IMG/VR virus record: IMGVR_UViG_3300032770_000001
Coordinates: 186,001-250,000 of that record
DNA: 64,000 nucleotides
Strand: one strand, 5' to 3'
Both the position numbers and the translations under genes were made by a program. Under the pieces are notes generated by a model. That model worked only from the letters and a program-made list of their open reading frames with translations. It searched no databases and was not told the origin of the DNA. Positions 18,536 to 26,620 of the stretch are shown one piece after another (the first letter of the stretch is position 1; every line of letters starts with the position of its first letter).

Positions 18536-18564
18536 TTGACAAACATTTTGAACTACGGTATTGG
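18536..18564 (+). promoter_or_regulatory. promoter of the structured-RNA/TerD-domain unit
   Basis: Perfect TTGACA, 17-nt spacer, then TATTGG (within the recurrent GGTATT motif); A-rich UP-like tract upstream; the -10 match is weak. Confidence 0.65.
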
Positions 18565-18631
18565 TATAGCAGAGAGATTAACGGAGCGCCCTCTTGGTCG
18601 GGGGCTTTCCACTTAAAAAGTTTTGAAGTTC

Positions 18632-18726
18632 GGGTCGGCCATATCAGCCGTTCCTTCTACATTCACTCGGACAAAGAACCCGGAGAATCTCGGCTCCGGG
18701 AAAATACGTCTGGTGATTTCCGACCC
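18632..18726 (+). ncRNA. conserved stem-loop RNA element, copy 1
   Basis: GGGTCGG/CCGACCC outer helix, CCAT/GATTT internal loop, ATCAG/CTGGT helix, TTCCTTCTAC loop, inserted hairpin 18679-18700. Confidence 0.75.
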
Positions 18727-18943
18727 AAAAATGGCCGGGGGAATCGAGAGCCCCCGGTCGAAAAGATTGTGATTGTCAGTACGACTAGCAACCGAACTGA
18801 CCCGGCCTACGGCGGTCCGCGAGGAACCGTGGGGAAATTTTGAAATAGAGCACCCAAAGCGGTCGGGTCTCGTGGGTAGCGGATGGGCAACCAAGCCGCA
18901 CAGAATCCCACCCCCGGAAACGGGGCATTGATTTTTGAAAAGC

Positions 18944-19014
18944 TTGGACGGCCATATCAGCCCTTCCTTCTACTTGACCTTTACTCAAAAATAGGTCTGA
19001 TGCTTTCCGTCCAA
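18944..19014 (+). ncRNA. conserved stem-loop RNA element, copy 2
   Basis: TTGGACGG/CCGTCCAA outer helix, CCAT/GCTTT internal loop, ATCAG/CTGAT helix, TTCCTTCTAC loop. Confidence 0.75.
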
Positions 19015-19035
19015 TTAGTTTGAAAGGATACGCCA

Positions 19036-21258
19036 ATGAGCAACAATTCGATTCTGATCCGTCGTGCAAACAAGTTCCTCGTCGAGGACAAGGGCACCAA
19101 GACCCGTGTATCCAACGCGGCTCTGGCTGCATTCAACAAGAACCTTCAGGACTTGGGTTACACCTTGTCCGCGAAGGCGATTCGCACTCTCCAGAAGCCG
19201 GGTGTGTCTGCCCCGTTCTCCGAGATCGTGGATGTCCTCAAGGAACTCCGTGGCGTCCGCAACTATCGTCCGATGTATCCGAACTTCCCGACTCAGGTCT
19301 TGGAAGCGGACGAAGCAGAGTTGTATCTGAACGCCATCTTCCACTATTTTTCTTTCGTGGTCGCCGACGCTGTGAATGATTCCAGCGTGATTTGGCTGCC
19401 GAAGTACAAGAAGGATCGTCGTGAGCCGCTGGACGAGAAGGTGCAGTTGACCGTTCTCGAAATCGGCACCGAGGACGATCTGGCAGCGATTGCGGCCCGT
19501 ATCGCGATGTCGAACACGTCCATCTCCGCGACGGACAAGGAAGACCTCCGTTCGCTCATCAAGGATGGCTACCTGCACATCGGTGCGGGTCAGGGCAAGG
19601 TCGGTAAGATTCCGAACAAGGAAAATCTCGCGGTCGTGGGTGCAGTCCTGCTGACCGAGAAGATGTCCTTCGGGTTGATTTCTGAGCAGTTCAAGACTGC
19701 CACGGATGTTCTCCGTCTCGCGACGGCGCTCTCCGATGGCGACGTGTCTCTGGCGGCTGACACCAAGTTCAAGTCGCTGCCGCGCTATATCCGCCGTGTT
19801 CTGGTTTCGATTTTGGAAGCTGCGGAGAACCGCGAAGAGGACATGCTGCGTCACGAGAATCGCTGGGTGAAGCTTGGACACTCGCTGCACATGGGCGAGT
19901 TTTACAAGCGTTTCCCGTTCTCCTACGAAGCGATGCTCAAGCTGCGCAACAAGAGCGCAATGCAGAAGGACCCGATCCGCACCTTTGGTGCGAAGGTTGA
20001 GATGGCACTTCGCGAGGGTGAAGTCCGCAAGGCGATCACCCTGTTGGCGAAGCGTCCGGGTGAGTTTGCCCGTCGTCTCGATCACCTGATGCGTCTCGAT
20101 GAAGATCGTGCTGAGGCGACCGTGGATGCATTCGAGAAGGTCGCGGATGACGTGTCCACGCCTGTGTTGTTGCAGGTGATGGCACACTTCAAGGCGCGTA
20201 ATACGTCCTCCATGCGTGTGGCGATGCCGAAGGGCTCTATCGCTAAGGTGCAGGTACTTCCTCCTACGACTTGGAAGCTGGACTATGTCCAGTGCCAGCG
20301 TGTTGCCGAAGTGTGCACCAAGGCATTGACGGCCCGTTTCTCCAAGCTGGCTCCGCTCGGCAAGGTATATGTGGACGAGAAGTTGCAGAACTACCTCGTT
20401 CCGTTCTCGCAGCGTTCCGCCAACAAGAGTCTGCGCACGATTGTGCGCGGTTCGCAGATCGATCTGGCGAAGGACAAGGACACGATCCGCTTCTTCATCT
20501 GGTGGAAGAACATCGACGACCCGGATACGAAGGCAGCGGGTTGGAGCGGCGACGGTCGCGTAGACCTCGACCTGTCCGCAGTCATCTTTGATGAGAACTG
20601 GAAGAGCCTGACCGACATCGCGTGGTACAATCTGCGTGCCGACAGCGGCTACAGCCACTTCCGCAGCTTCAAGGCGTGTCACAGCGGTGATATCACGAAC
20701 GCTCCGAAGGGTGCGTCCGAGTTCATCGACATCGATATTCCGGGTGCGGTTGCCTACGGTGCGCGTTACGTCGTAATGGACGTGCGCTGCTACACGGGGC
20801 AGAACCTCAATACCATTCCAGAGTGCTCGGCAGGCTGGATGCTTCGTGAGAAGCCGAAGTCTGGTGAAGTGTATGAGCCGAAGACTGTTGTGGACCGTAT
20901 TGACGTTGCGTCCGAAGCTACGTCGGTCATGCCTCTGGTGATCGATCTGGTTGAGCGCAAGGTCATCTGGATGGACATCGTGTCCACGAACCGTCGTGCA
21001 TACAACACGGCAGCGGGTAACCGCGAACAGGTCGCATTGCTGGCGGATGCTTTCACCAAGATTCGCAAGCCGAACCTGTACGAATTGCTCTCTGCGCACG
21101 CGAACGGGCGCGGTAAGCAGGTGTTCGATCCGGCGAAGGCGGATGTTGTATTCTCCGTTGAGTCCGGTATCCAGTTCGAACTGGACAAGATCGCTTCTGA
21201 GTACATGCTGAACGAAGCCCCGGCAAAGCCGAAGGCGAAGGCTGCCAAGAAGCGTTAA
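19036..21258 (+). CDS. large helical protein with C-terminal TerD-like domain (possible Ro60/TROVE-like N-terminus)
   Basis: AAGGA RBS; C-terminal DLDLSA, HSGDIT, SEFIDID, RYVVMDV fit TerD; N-terminal ~450 aa looks helical (TATDVLRLA...DGDVSLA); strongly biased codons. Confidence 0.7.
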   Translation: MSNNSILIRRANKFLVEDKGTKTRVSNAALAAFNKNLQDLGYTLSAKAIRTLQKPGVSAPFSEIVDVLKELRGVRNYRPMYPNFPTQVLEADEAELYLNAIFHYFSFVVADAVNDSSVIWLPKYKKDRREPLDEKVQLTVLEIGTEDDLAAIAARIAMSNTSISATDKEDLRSLIKDGYLHIGAGQGKVGKIPNKENLAVVGAVLLTEKMSFGLISEQFKTATDVLRLATALSDGDVSLAADTKFKSLPRYIRRVLVSILEAAENREEDMLRHENRWVKLGHSLHMGEFYKRFPFSYEAMLKLRNKSAMQKDPIRTFGAKVEMALREGEVRKAITLLAKRPGEFARRLDHLMRLDEDRAEATVDAFEKVADDVSTPVLLQVMAHFKARNTSSMRVAMPKGSIAKVQVLPPTTWKLDYVQCQRVAEVCTKALTARFSKLAPLGKVYVDEKLQNYLVPFSQRSANKSLRTIVRGSQIDLAKDKDTIRFFIWWKNIDDPDTKAAGWSGDGRVDLDLSAVIFDENWKSLTDIAWYNLRADSGYSHFRSFKACHSGDITNAPKGASEFIDIDIPGAVAYGARYVVMDVRCYTGQNLNTIPECSAGWMLREKPKSGEVYEPKTVVDRIDVASEATSVMPLVIDLVERKVIWMDIVSTNRRAYNTAAGNREQVALLADAFTKIRKPNLYELLSAHANGRGKQVFDPAKADVVFSVESGIQFELDKIASEYMLNEAPAKPKAKAAKKR

Positions 21259-21274
21259 CGGAAGTCTTTCCTAC

Positions 21275-21307
21275 AGGGCTCCCCCAAAATGGGAGCCCTT
21301 TCTATTT
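21275..21307 (+). terminator. rho-independent terminator
   Basis: AGGGCTCCC-7nt-GGGAGCCCT followed by TTCTATTT. Confidence 0.85.
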
Positions 21308-21333
21308 GCAAAAAACCTTTCCAGTAGTATTAT
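21306..21333 (+). promoter_or_regulatory. sigma70-like promoter, AGTATT class (leaderless)
   Basis: TTGCAA-16nt-TATTAT; ATG at 21341. Confidence 0.55.
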
Positions 21334-21340
21334 CCAATGT

Positions 21341-21523
21341 ATGTACTTCAAACGTGTCAAAACCAAAATCAAGAAGGGTGACAAGGTCGTCACCAGAGTT
21401 GTGTTCAAAGAAGGCGTTGAAGGCACTGGCGTGACGCTCCCGTATTCCTGCGGGTTCTGCAACGAAGTGCACTTCCGTTCGCGGCGGCAGCGAAACCGTC
21501 ATACACAGTTCTGCCCCAAATAA
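21341..21523 (+). CDS. small zinc-finger-like protein
   Basis: CGFC...H...H...C. Confidence 0.6.
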   Translation: MYFKRVKTKIKKGDKVVTRVVFKEGVEGTGVTLPYSCGFCNEVHFRSRRQRNRHTQFCPK

Positions 21524-21524
21524 C

Positions 21525-21788
21525 ATGGAACCGTGGGAAATCGATCCAGATGATCTTCGCAAGATGGCGCTCATTGAGCGATTCACGCTCGGCGACATCA
21601 AAGAAGTCCTCAACCGTGAGGACATGGTCGGTACAGCCCCTCGAATCTATGAACTGCTGGAGCGATTCAGTAAGTCCCTTGACGGCGAGTACAACAACGG
21701 TGAGATCATCTCGTTCGGTCTAGCTCTCATCTCAGCCCAAATGCTGCTGATGTATGAGCACTTCGAGAAGGGCAATGAGACTTCTTAA
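21525..21788 (+). CDS. hypothetical protein
   Basis: Contiguous + strand chain. Confidence 0.6.
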   Translation: MEPWEIDPDDLRKMALIERFTLGDIKEVLNREDMVGTAPRIYELLERFSKSLDGEYNNGEIISFGLALISAQMLLMYEHFEKGNETS

Positions 21789-22353
21789 GCTGGGTTTCAC
21801 GGGCACTAAAGACGGGATGAGCATAGAGCAGAAGCGGCTCTTGGAAGAGCACTTCACCGCCCTGCTTGAGGGCTACGACTGGATTGAATTTCACCACGGT
21901 GATTGTATCGGCGCTGACGCTCAAGCCGCCATCATGTTGCGCGTCCTCAGCAACAAATTGCGGATGATGGAACAGGCAACCTGTCAAGTCACCATCATCG
22001 CCCATCCCGGTTATCCAGTACGAAACCCCAAAGATACTCGCTGGCGTGCATTCACCGCCGAGATCAATGACGAGATTCGAGAGGCGAAGCCATTCATCGC
22101 TCGTGACCACGACATCGTGGATGAAACCACGGATTTAGTCGCTACACCGCTGACTCGCGAAGAGCAGGTGTCGTCCGGCACATGGACAACAGTGCGTTAC
22201 GCACGGAAGAAAAAGAAAAAGATCACAATCATCAACCCGGCTGAGCGCAAGTTTGATCCACATTCTCTTCCGAAAGGGACGAACGCCATCGCCGGACAAC
22301 AGAGGTATTACGGGCCGACATATATGCAGCGAGGTTATCGCGAAGATGAGTGA
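21775..22353 (+). CDS. SLOG-superfamily (YspA/DUF2493-like) protein
   Basis: LGFTGT, HHGDCIGAD, RDHDIV, SGTWTTVRYA. Confidence 0.75.
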   Translation: MRLLKLGFTGTKDGMSIEQKRLLEEHFTALLEGYDWIEFHHGDCIGADAQAAIMLRVLSNKLRMMEQATCQVTIIAHPGYPVRNPKDTRWRAFTAEINDEIREAKPFIARDHDIVDETTDLVATPLTREEQVSSGTWTTVRYARKKKKKITIINPAERKFDPHSLPKGTNAIAGQQRYYGPTYMQRGYREDE

Positions 22354-22690
22354 CACGTTCTACATCCCGTATAGTCACGACAGGTCGAAGCCAGAAGACC
22401 CGAACTGCCATCTATGCATGGCGGGAATTCCAGTTTACACGAGCGCAATGGTGCCAGCTTTTGAACGGGTGCAAGTACGTTTCCCGCGATCCAAAAAAGT
22501 TCGCATCCGCAAAAAATGGTCGAAAGACCCACGGAATTGGAGAACGATTCCTTACGTTCGTTTCATGAGTATGCGTAAGGACAAGATGGATCAGTTGATC
22601 CTAACCCATCGGCAAACGATGGATGCTTGGCTGAAACAGTTCGGCGTAGGAGGTAAGGTGTCGCTAGATACCGAGACCAATGGACTTTAA
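22346..22690 (+). CDS. hypothetical protein
   Basis: Start re-called at ATG 22346 behind GAGG. Confidence 0.55.
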   Translation: MSDTFYIPYSHDRSKPEDPNCHLCMAGIPVYTSAMVPAFERVQVRFPRSKKVRIRKKWSKDPRNWRTIPYVRFMSMRKDKMDQLILTHRQTMDAWLKQFGVGGKVSLDTETNGL

Positions 22691-22910
22691 CAAGCTGCTC
22701 AAGAAACACCCGAAGATGTATCTGTACTACCACGACAACCAGCAGTGGATTCTCTACAAAGAAAAGCCGCCCGAAGGCACCTACTGTGGCGAGGAGGAGC
22801 ACGATAAATTCATTCTTGTCGAGGGGCAGGACTATGACGGCGTTGGTTACGCTCCGCATCTAGTCATCGACCTATGCAAGGCTCTGGGAATCAAGGTAGA
22901 ATCGGCTTGA
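22680..22910 (+). CDS. hypothetical protein
   Basis: Overlapping chain. Confidence 0.6.
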   Translation: MDFNKLLKKHPKMYLYYHDNQQWILYKEKPPEGTYCGEEEHDKFILVEGQDYDGVGYAPHLVIDLCKALGIKVESA

Positions 22911-23212
22911 AGGTTCAGGCGAAATTTCGCAGTCGCTCGATGGGTATTGTGCCATGTACCGTTGTTGACGGTCCTCGTATCGTCTGGAAGAAGTCCGATT
23001 GGATGGAGCGGGTTCAGGTTGAGTGTTACTGCATTACATACACGAATCTGAACGGCAAGCACAGGCACATGGAGTGGGTGAAGAAGTCCCGGATTATTTT
23101 TGATGCAGATGGAACTGAAATACGATGCGAAACAGCCCACCAGCAAGAAGGGGATGCCGCGAGAGATGTTCCTGCCGTGGGGCGGCTGGTTCCCGCACCC
23201 GGAACTCGATAG
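22907..23212 (+). CDS. hypothetical protein
   Basis: TTGA overlap start; overlaps the next gene by about 100 nt, so uncertain. Confidence 0.4.
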   Translation: MKVQAKFRSRSMGIVPCTVVDGPRIVWKKSDWMERVQVECYCITYTNLNGKHRHMEWVKKSRIIFDADGTEIRCETAHQQEGDAARDVPAVGRLVPAPGTR

Positions 23213-23693
23213 AGATATTGAGCGGAGACCGTGGAAAGTTTCTGAAGAACAGAAGCAAACTCTTGCAACCGTTCCGGCTGCGATTCAGTATTTCGTTCCG
23301 AGCGGGATCGGGCTAAGTACGTTTCGCAAGCACAAATTTTCACGTCCTGAGAGTCAGTCTTTAGCCAGCATTGACGCGCATGTTTCACTCGAAAAACTGT
23401 TGAAAAGCGTTGCAAATGAAGATAAAAAACTCATTAGTAAGAAGCCTCTGGACGGTATTTACGCCTATATTTGGCGGGTAGCGCGGTACGTGGCGGGGCT
23501 CGACCGGGCAATGCCGATCACGGCTTTTTGGGATTTGGAAGATGGCGTGCTTGCACTGACGGGTGTGCTGGGTGTTACTGAAGAGACTGTCAAGTTTTTA
23601 GGGCAGCGTGCCGATCAGTTGGTTGAAGCGACAGGCGGCAACAAGTACGCGGCACAGGTCAAATGGTCTAGGTTCCTTGGGAGGGCAGTGTGA
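23109..23693 (+). CDS. hypothetical protein
   Basis: ORF in chain; start uncertain. Confidence 0.6.
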   Translation: MELKYDAKQPTSKKGMPREMFLPWGGWFPHPELDRDIERRPWKVSEEQKQTLATVPAAIQYFVPSGIGLSTFRKHKFSRPESQSLASIDAHVSLEKLLKSVANEDKKLISKKPLDGIYAYIWRVARYVAGLDRAMPITAFWDLEDGVLALTGVLGVTEETVKFLGQRADQLVEATGGNKYAAQVKWSRFLGRAV

Positions 23694-24142
23694 GAAATCG
23701 CCGCGATTTTGAGATGATCCTGCAAGATATCCGAGATGATTTCTACCTCGGTCGGATTCAGTCTGAAGAAGCGCGAAAGACCCTTGAAGATGTGATGCGT
23801 GACTTCGGAATGCTGGCTGCCGACGAATGGTTGGTGGAGTTGCCGGAAAACTTCCGCAGTCGCGATGGCATGATCGGCCCGTTCCGTGTGCAACATGAGC
23901 GGTCGCCGTTTACATGGAACCGTCATTACGGACTCGGCTTCGTTAAGAAGACTCAAGCTGAGGCTGAAGGCAGGCAAAAGAACGGAACATACGCTTTCGG
24001 CTATCATGAAACTGAACTGGTCGGCAACGACGTGATTATAGCTGATTCGCCTCGCGGCCAAGTCAAGCCAATGGTCGAGGACGAGAAAATTTTCTTCGAC
24101 AACTTTGAAAAGCAAATGGAGGGTTTCAAGTGCACGGATTAA
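23690..24142 (+). CDS. hypothetical protein
   Basis: GGAGG RBS, GTGA overlap. Confidence 0.65.
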   Translation: MRNRRDFEMILQDIRDDFYLGRIQSEEARKTLEDVMRDFGMLAADEWLVELPENFRSRDGMIGPFRVQHERSPFTWNRHYGLGFVKKTQAEAEGRQKNGTYAFGYHETELVGNDVIIADSPRGQVKPMVEDEKIFFDNFEKQMEGFKCTD

Positions 24143-24408
24143 CGTGGGTTCGTTGTTTCATCGATCCAGAAGGTAATCGCTCGTGGGTTGCTCTTCGCGG
24201 CGGGGCGACCGGGTTCGATGTCGTGATTTCGCTTCTCAGAAAAAGTGATGTCGCACCAGTGACGCGCATAGTCGCGGAGAAGAGCGGACTAGCGACCATC
24301 GCCGAGGCGACGAAAGGCTTCGAAGATTGCTGCAAGTTCTACAACGATAAAGGTTGGAGACCCGATTCCACCTATCAGAAAATGATCGAGGAGTTGTTGA
24401 GCAAATGA
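24130..24408 (+). CDS. hypothetical protein
   Basis: GGAGG RBS before GTG. Confidence 0.6.
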   Translation: MHGLTWVRCFIDPEGNRSWVALRGGATGFDVVISLLRKSDVAPVTRIVAEKSGLATIAEATKGFEDCCKFYNDKGWRPDSTYQKMIEELLSK

Positions 24409-24677
24409 GTCACGTCGGTCAGTTCTTTGATAACAACCCGTTCTGGACAGTGGCGATCATCTGGCTGTTCGCTGTCGCATTCATGTGTATTCTTGCGGAC
24501 GCGAAGACAGCGAAGGTCAGGCGGATCAAGCGCATTCTGGTATCGGTCTGCATGACTTTCATGATCTGGGGTGTTTTCCTCGCCGGGTTGTACGATGCCG
24601 CCAAACTCATGCCTCCGGTTCCCGCGATCAAGTCCCCGACTATGGATTCCTCCTGCTCCTATACTGTTAAGCCGTAA
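24405..24677 (+). CDS. small membrane protein (2 TM)
   Basis: ATGA overlap; two hydrophobic stretches. Confidence 0.6.
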   Translation: MSHVGQFFDNNPFWTVAIIWLFAVAFMCILADAKTAKVRRIKRILVSVCMTFMIWGVFLAGLYDAAKLMPPVPAIKSPTMDSSCSYTVKP

Positions 24678-24689
24678 GAACTTAAACCC

Positions 24690-24720
24690 CTAACCAAAAT
24701 TGACCTTCGACTGGTAGAAT
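24690..24720 (+). promoter_or_regulatory. phage promoter, CTAnC-N18-GGTAGAAT class
   Basis: CTAACC...CTGGTAGAAT. Confidence 0.75.
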
Positions 24721-24736
24721 TAGGCAGGAGATTTTT

Positions 24737-25183
24737 ATGCCTGACAAAATTACGTACCGTGGCGTCCGCAATGTTGAGGGAGACGTGTATCGCTGCTTCG
24801 TTCACCGCGAAGACAATGTCTCATCGGTCGATTACGAACTCGATCCTCGTAACGACATCTACGACCACAGCCCAACAGGGATCGCGTGGGGCTACGGCGG
24901 CAGCGGTCCGGCTCAGCTTGCGTTGGGCATTCTCGCTGACTATTTCAGTCCGGACGGCAAGAGGGTGCGTTACACCCGCCGCAACGAGTGGGACATGGAT
25001 GGTCGCGACGACCCGAATCAGAAAGCCCTCAAGCATTATCAGGAATTTAAGTGGGCAATCGTGGCGCTATTCCCAATGGATGGCGAGTGGGAGTTGCCCG
25101 GTGAGATAATTGAGAAGTTCGTCACGGGAACGCTGACGGACGAAGAGAGACGCGAGTTTCTCAAGGGTCAAGTGAATGCCTGA
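24737..25183 (+). CDS. DUF6166-like protein
   Basis: HSPTGIAWGYGGSGPAQLALGILAD signature; AGGAG RBS. Confidence 0.7.
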   Translation: MPDKITYRGVRNVEGDVYRCFVHREDNVSSVDYELDPRNDIYDHSPTGIAWGYGGSGPAQLALGILADYFSPDGKRVRYTRRNEWDMDGRDDPNQKALKHYQEFKWAIVALFPMDGEWELPGEIIEKFVTGTLTDEERREFLKGQVNA

Positions 25184-25739
25184 GACCTTACAACTGGTGT
25201 ATTGGGACAACCCGGTTCTTTCGACCGTATGCACTCCCGTCGCCGACAGTGCTTTCGGCGCTGATAAGCTGCGAGACTTTGCCGCCCGGTTGCTGGCGAC
25301 GATGGATGCCAAGAACGGCGTCGGGCTGGCGGCTCCGCAGGTCGCGGTGACTGAGCGGATGTTTGCCATGCATTTCCCGAATAGTGAGCAGGATCGGGAG
25401 CCGTGGAAGCCGATTGTGGTCATCAATCCGACCTTGGAACTGAACGGGGGTACTGTGGCGGCACGTGAAGGCTGCTTGAGTCTGCCGGGGGTGTTTGAAC
25501 AGGTTGCACGGGCTGAGAACGTGGTCATGCGCTATCGGGATGCGGACGGTGACGAATTGGTGCGGGAATTGACCGAAATCGACGCTAGAGTAGCTCAACA
25601 CGAGTTTGACCACCTGAACGGGATCATGTTCTTTGACTATTTGAATATCCGCCCGACTTACGGTCGTCGGATGTCTAAACAGGTCTCGAAACAGGTCATG
25701 CGGATGTGGGAGAAAGAACGCTCTCGACGTGGGCTGTAA
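25176..25739 (+). CDS. def: peptide deformylase
   Basis: All three motifs: GVGLAAPQV, EGCLS, QHEFDHLNG. Confidence 0.95.
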   Translation: MPETLQLVYWDNPVLSTVCTPVADSAFGADKLRDFAARLLATMDAKNGVGLAAPQVAVTERMFAMHFPNSEQDREPWKPIVVINPTLELNGGTVAAREGCLSLPGVFEQVARAENVVMRYRDADGDELVRELTEIDARVAQHEFDHLNGIMFFDYLNIRPTYGRRMSKQVSKQVMRMWEKERSRRGL

Positions 25740-25759
25740 TCTAGGGTAAGATCGGGTTC

Positions 25760-25978
25760 ATGAACAGATCAAAGGCTATAACCGCAGCGGACAATGCGAG
25801 AGCGATTTTCCAATGTTTTGCCAATGCCGTTAATGACAACGCTCTGGTAAAACCGGGGATCGGTCATGCGATCCGGGACTACGAGGATCGGTTCAAGGTG
25901 GAGTTCAATAAATTGCTCGATGCAGTCGATCTCGATAAAGATCAGATCGGCTTCCAGCGAGTGGAGTATCCGAAATGA
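25760..25978 (+). CDS. hypothetical protein
   Basis: Follows a TCGACG-17nt-TAAGAT promoter-like site; probably leaderless. Confidence 0.6.
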   Translation: MNRSKAITAADNARAIFQCFANAVNDNALVKPGIGHAIRDYEDRFKVEFNKLLDAVDLDKDQIGFQRVEYPK

Positions 25979-26160
25979 TGAATGACCGTGGGGTAGTTAA
26001 TGAACCTTCGTTTGTTCTTTTCCCCGGCGACACTGTCAGCATTGTGGTCGATACTAAGACCTATCGTGGCACGCTGATGAACGACAATGGTCGTTGGTAC
26101 GTGAAAGTGCTCGGTGCCGACCCCGGTGAAGAGAAAGAAGTGGTCATCGTTAAGCTATGA
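25975..26160 (+). CDS. hypothetical protein
   Basis: ATGA overlap, GGAG RBS. Confidence 0.55.
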   Translation: MMNDRGVVNEPSFVLFPGDTVSIVVDTKTYRGTLMNDNGRWYVKVLGADPGEEKEVVIVKL

Positions 26161-26432
26161 GAAGTGGAAAAGTCATCCACGTCTGGATTACAAAGTACGC
26201 TTTAACTCAGGGCATTTTTGAAATCGATGCCGAAGAGTGCGTGACCTCAACTGGCGAATGTCAGAACATGATCCAGAAAGTTGGTGGAGCGTATTCCGAT
26301 TATTATCATGGCGAGGGCCGGGAGTGGCATCGTACTGAAGCCGCCGCCAAAGAACATGCGAACAAGATGGTGCGAGACAAGATCGCGAGTCTGAAAAAGA
26401 GTATCGCGAAATTTGAAAAACTGGTGTTCTGA
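26157..26432 (+). CDS. hypothetical protein
   Basis: ATGA overlap; VWITKYALTQGI start typical of small phage proteins. Confidence 0.65.
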   Translation: MRSGKVIHVWITKYALTQGIFEIDAEECVTSTGECQNMIQKVGGAYSDYYHGEGREWHRTEAAAKEHANKMVRDKIASLKKSIAKFEKLVF

Positions 26433-26620
26433 TGACACGAGGAGAGAAAGTTCAATTCGCAACTGATCTCGAACTTATGCATGAACGCCCCATGCGTCTC
26501 GGTCTTTATGCAACCGGGCAGCGTATCCACAATGCGATTCGCATGGTGGGGTTTGAAATCGCCGACGACATCACAGGTTGCATCGCATACGAGGAAGCTT
26601 TAGCGGCAGCGGAGAAGTAA
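26432..26620 (+). CDS. hypothetical protein
   Basis: TGATG and TAATG overlaps. Confidence 0.55.
   Translation: MTRGEKVQFATDLELMHERPMRLGLYATGQRIHNAIRMVGFEIADDITGCIAYEEALAAAEK

Larger units (their letters stand above)
18570..19030 (+). ncRNA. long structured non-coding RNA / leader
   Basis: About 470 nt without a credible + ORF in a gene-dense genome; at least 8 hairpins, three closed by GNRA loops (GCGA 18819, GCAA 18887, GAAA 18917). Confidence 0.7.

Noticed and set aside
18632-19014. CRISPR mini-array, tRNA or type III toxin-antitoxin reading of the two repeats
   Set aside because: Only two bipartite copies about 310 nt apart, no regular spacers, no cas genes, no cloverleaf or T-loop, and no terminator between the repeats and the gene.
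18613-19132. Minus-strand ORFs of 93 and 115 aa over the structured region
   Set aside because: Opposite to the local transcription direction, lack protein-like features, and the repeat variation preserves base pairing rather than codons.
19015-21099. 694-aa minus-strand ORF
   Set aside because: Antisense shadow of the codon-biased 740-aa gene; no RBS or motifs.
19036-21258. Tellurite-resistance operon
   Set aside because: Only one TerD-like domain; no terA, terB, terC or terZ in the window.
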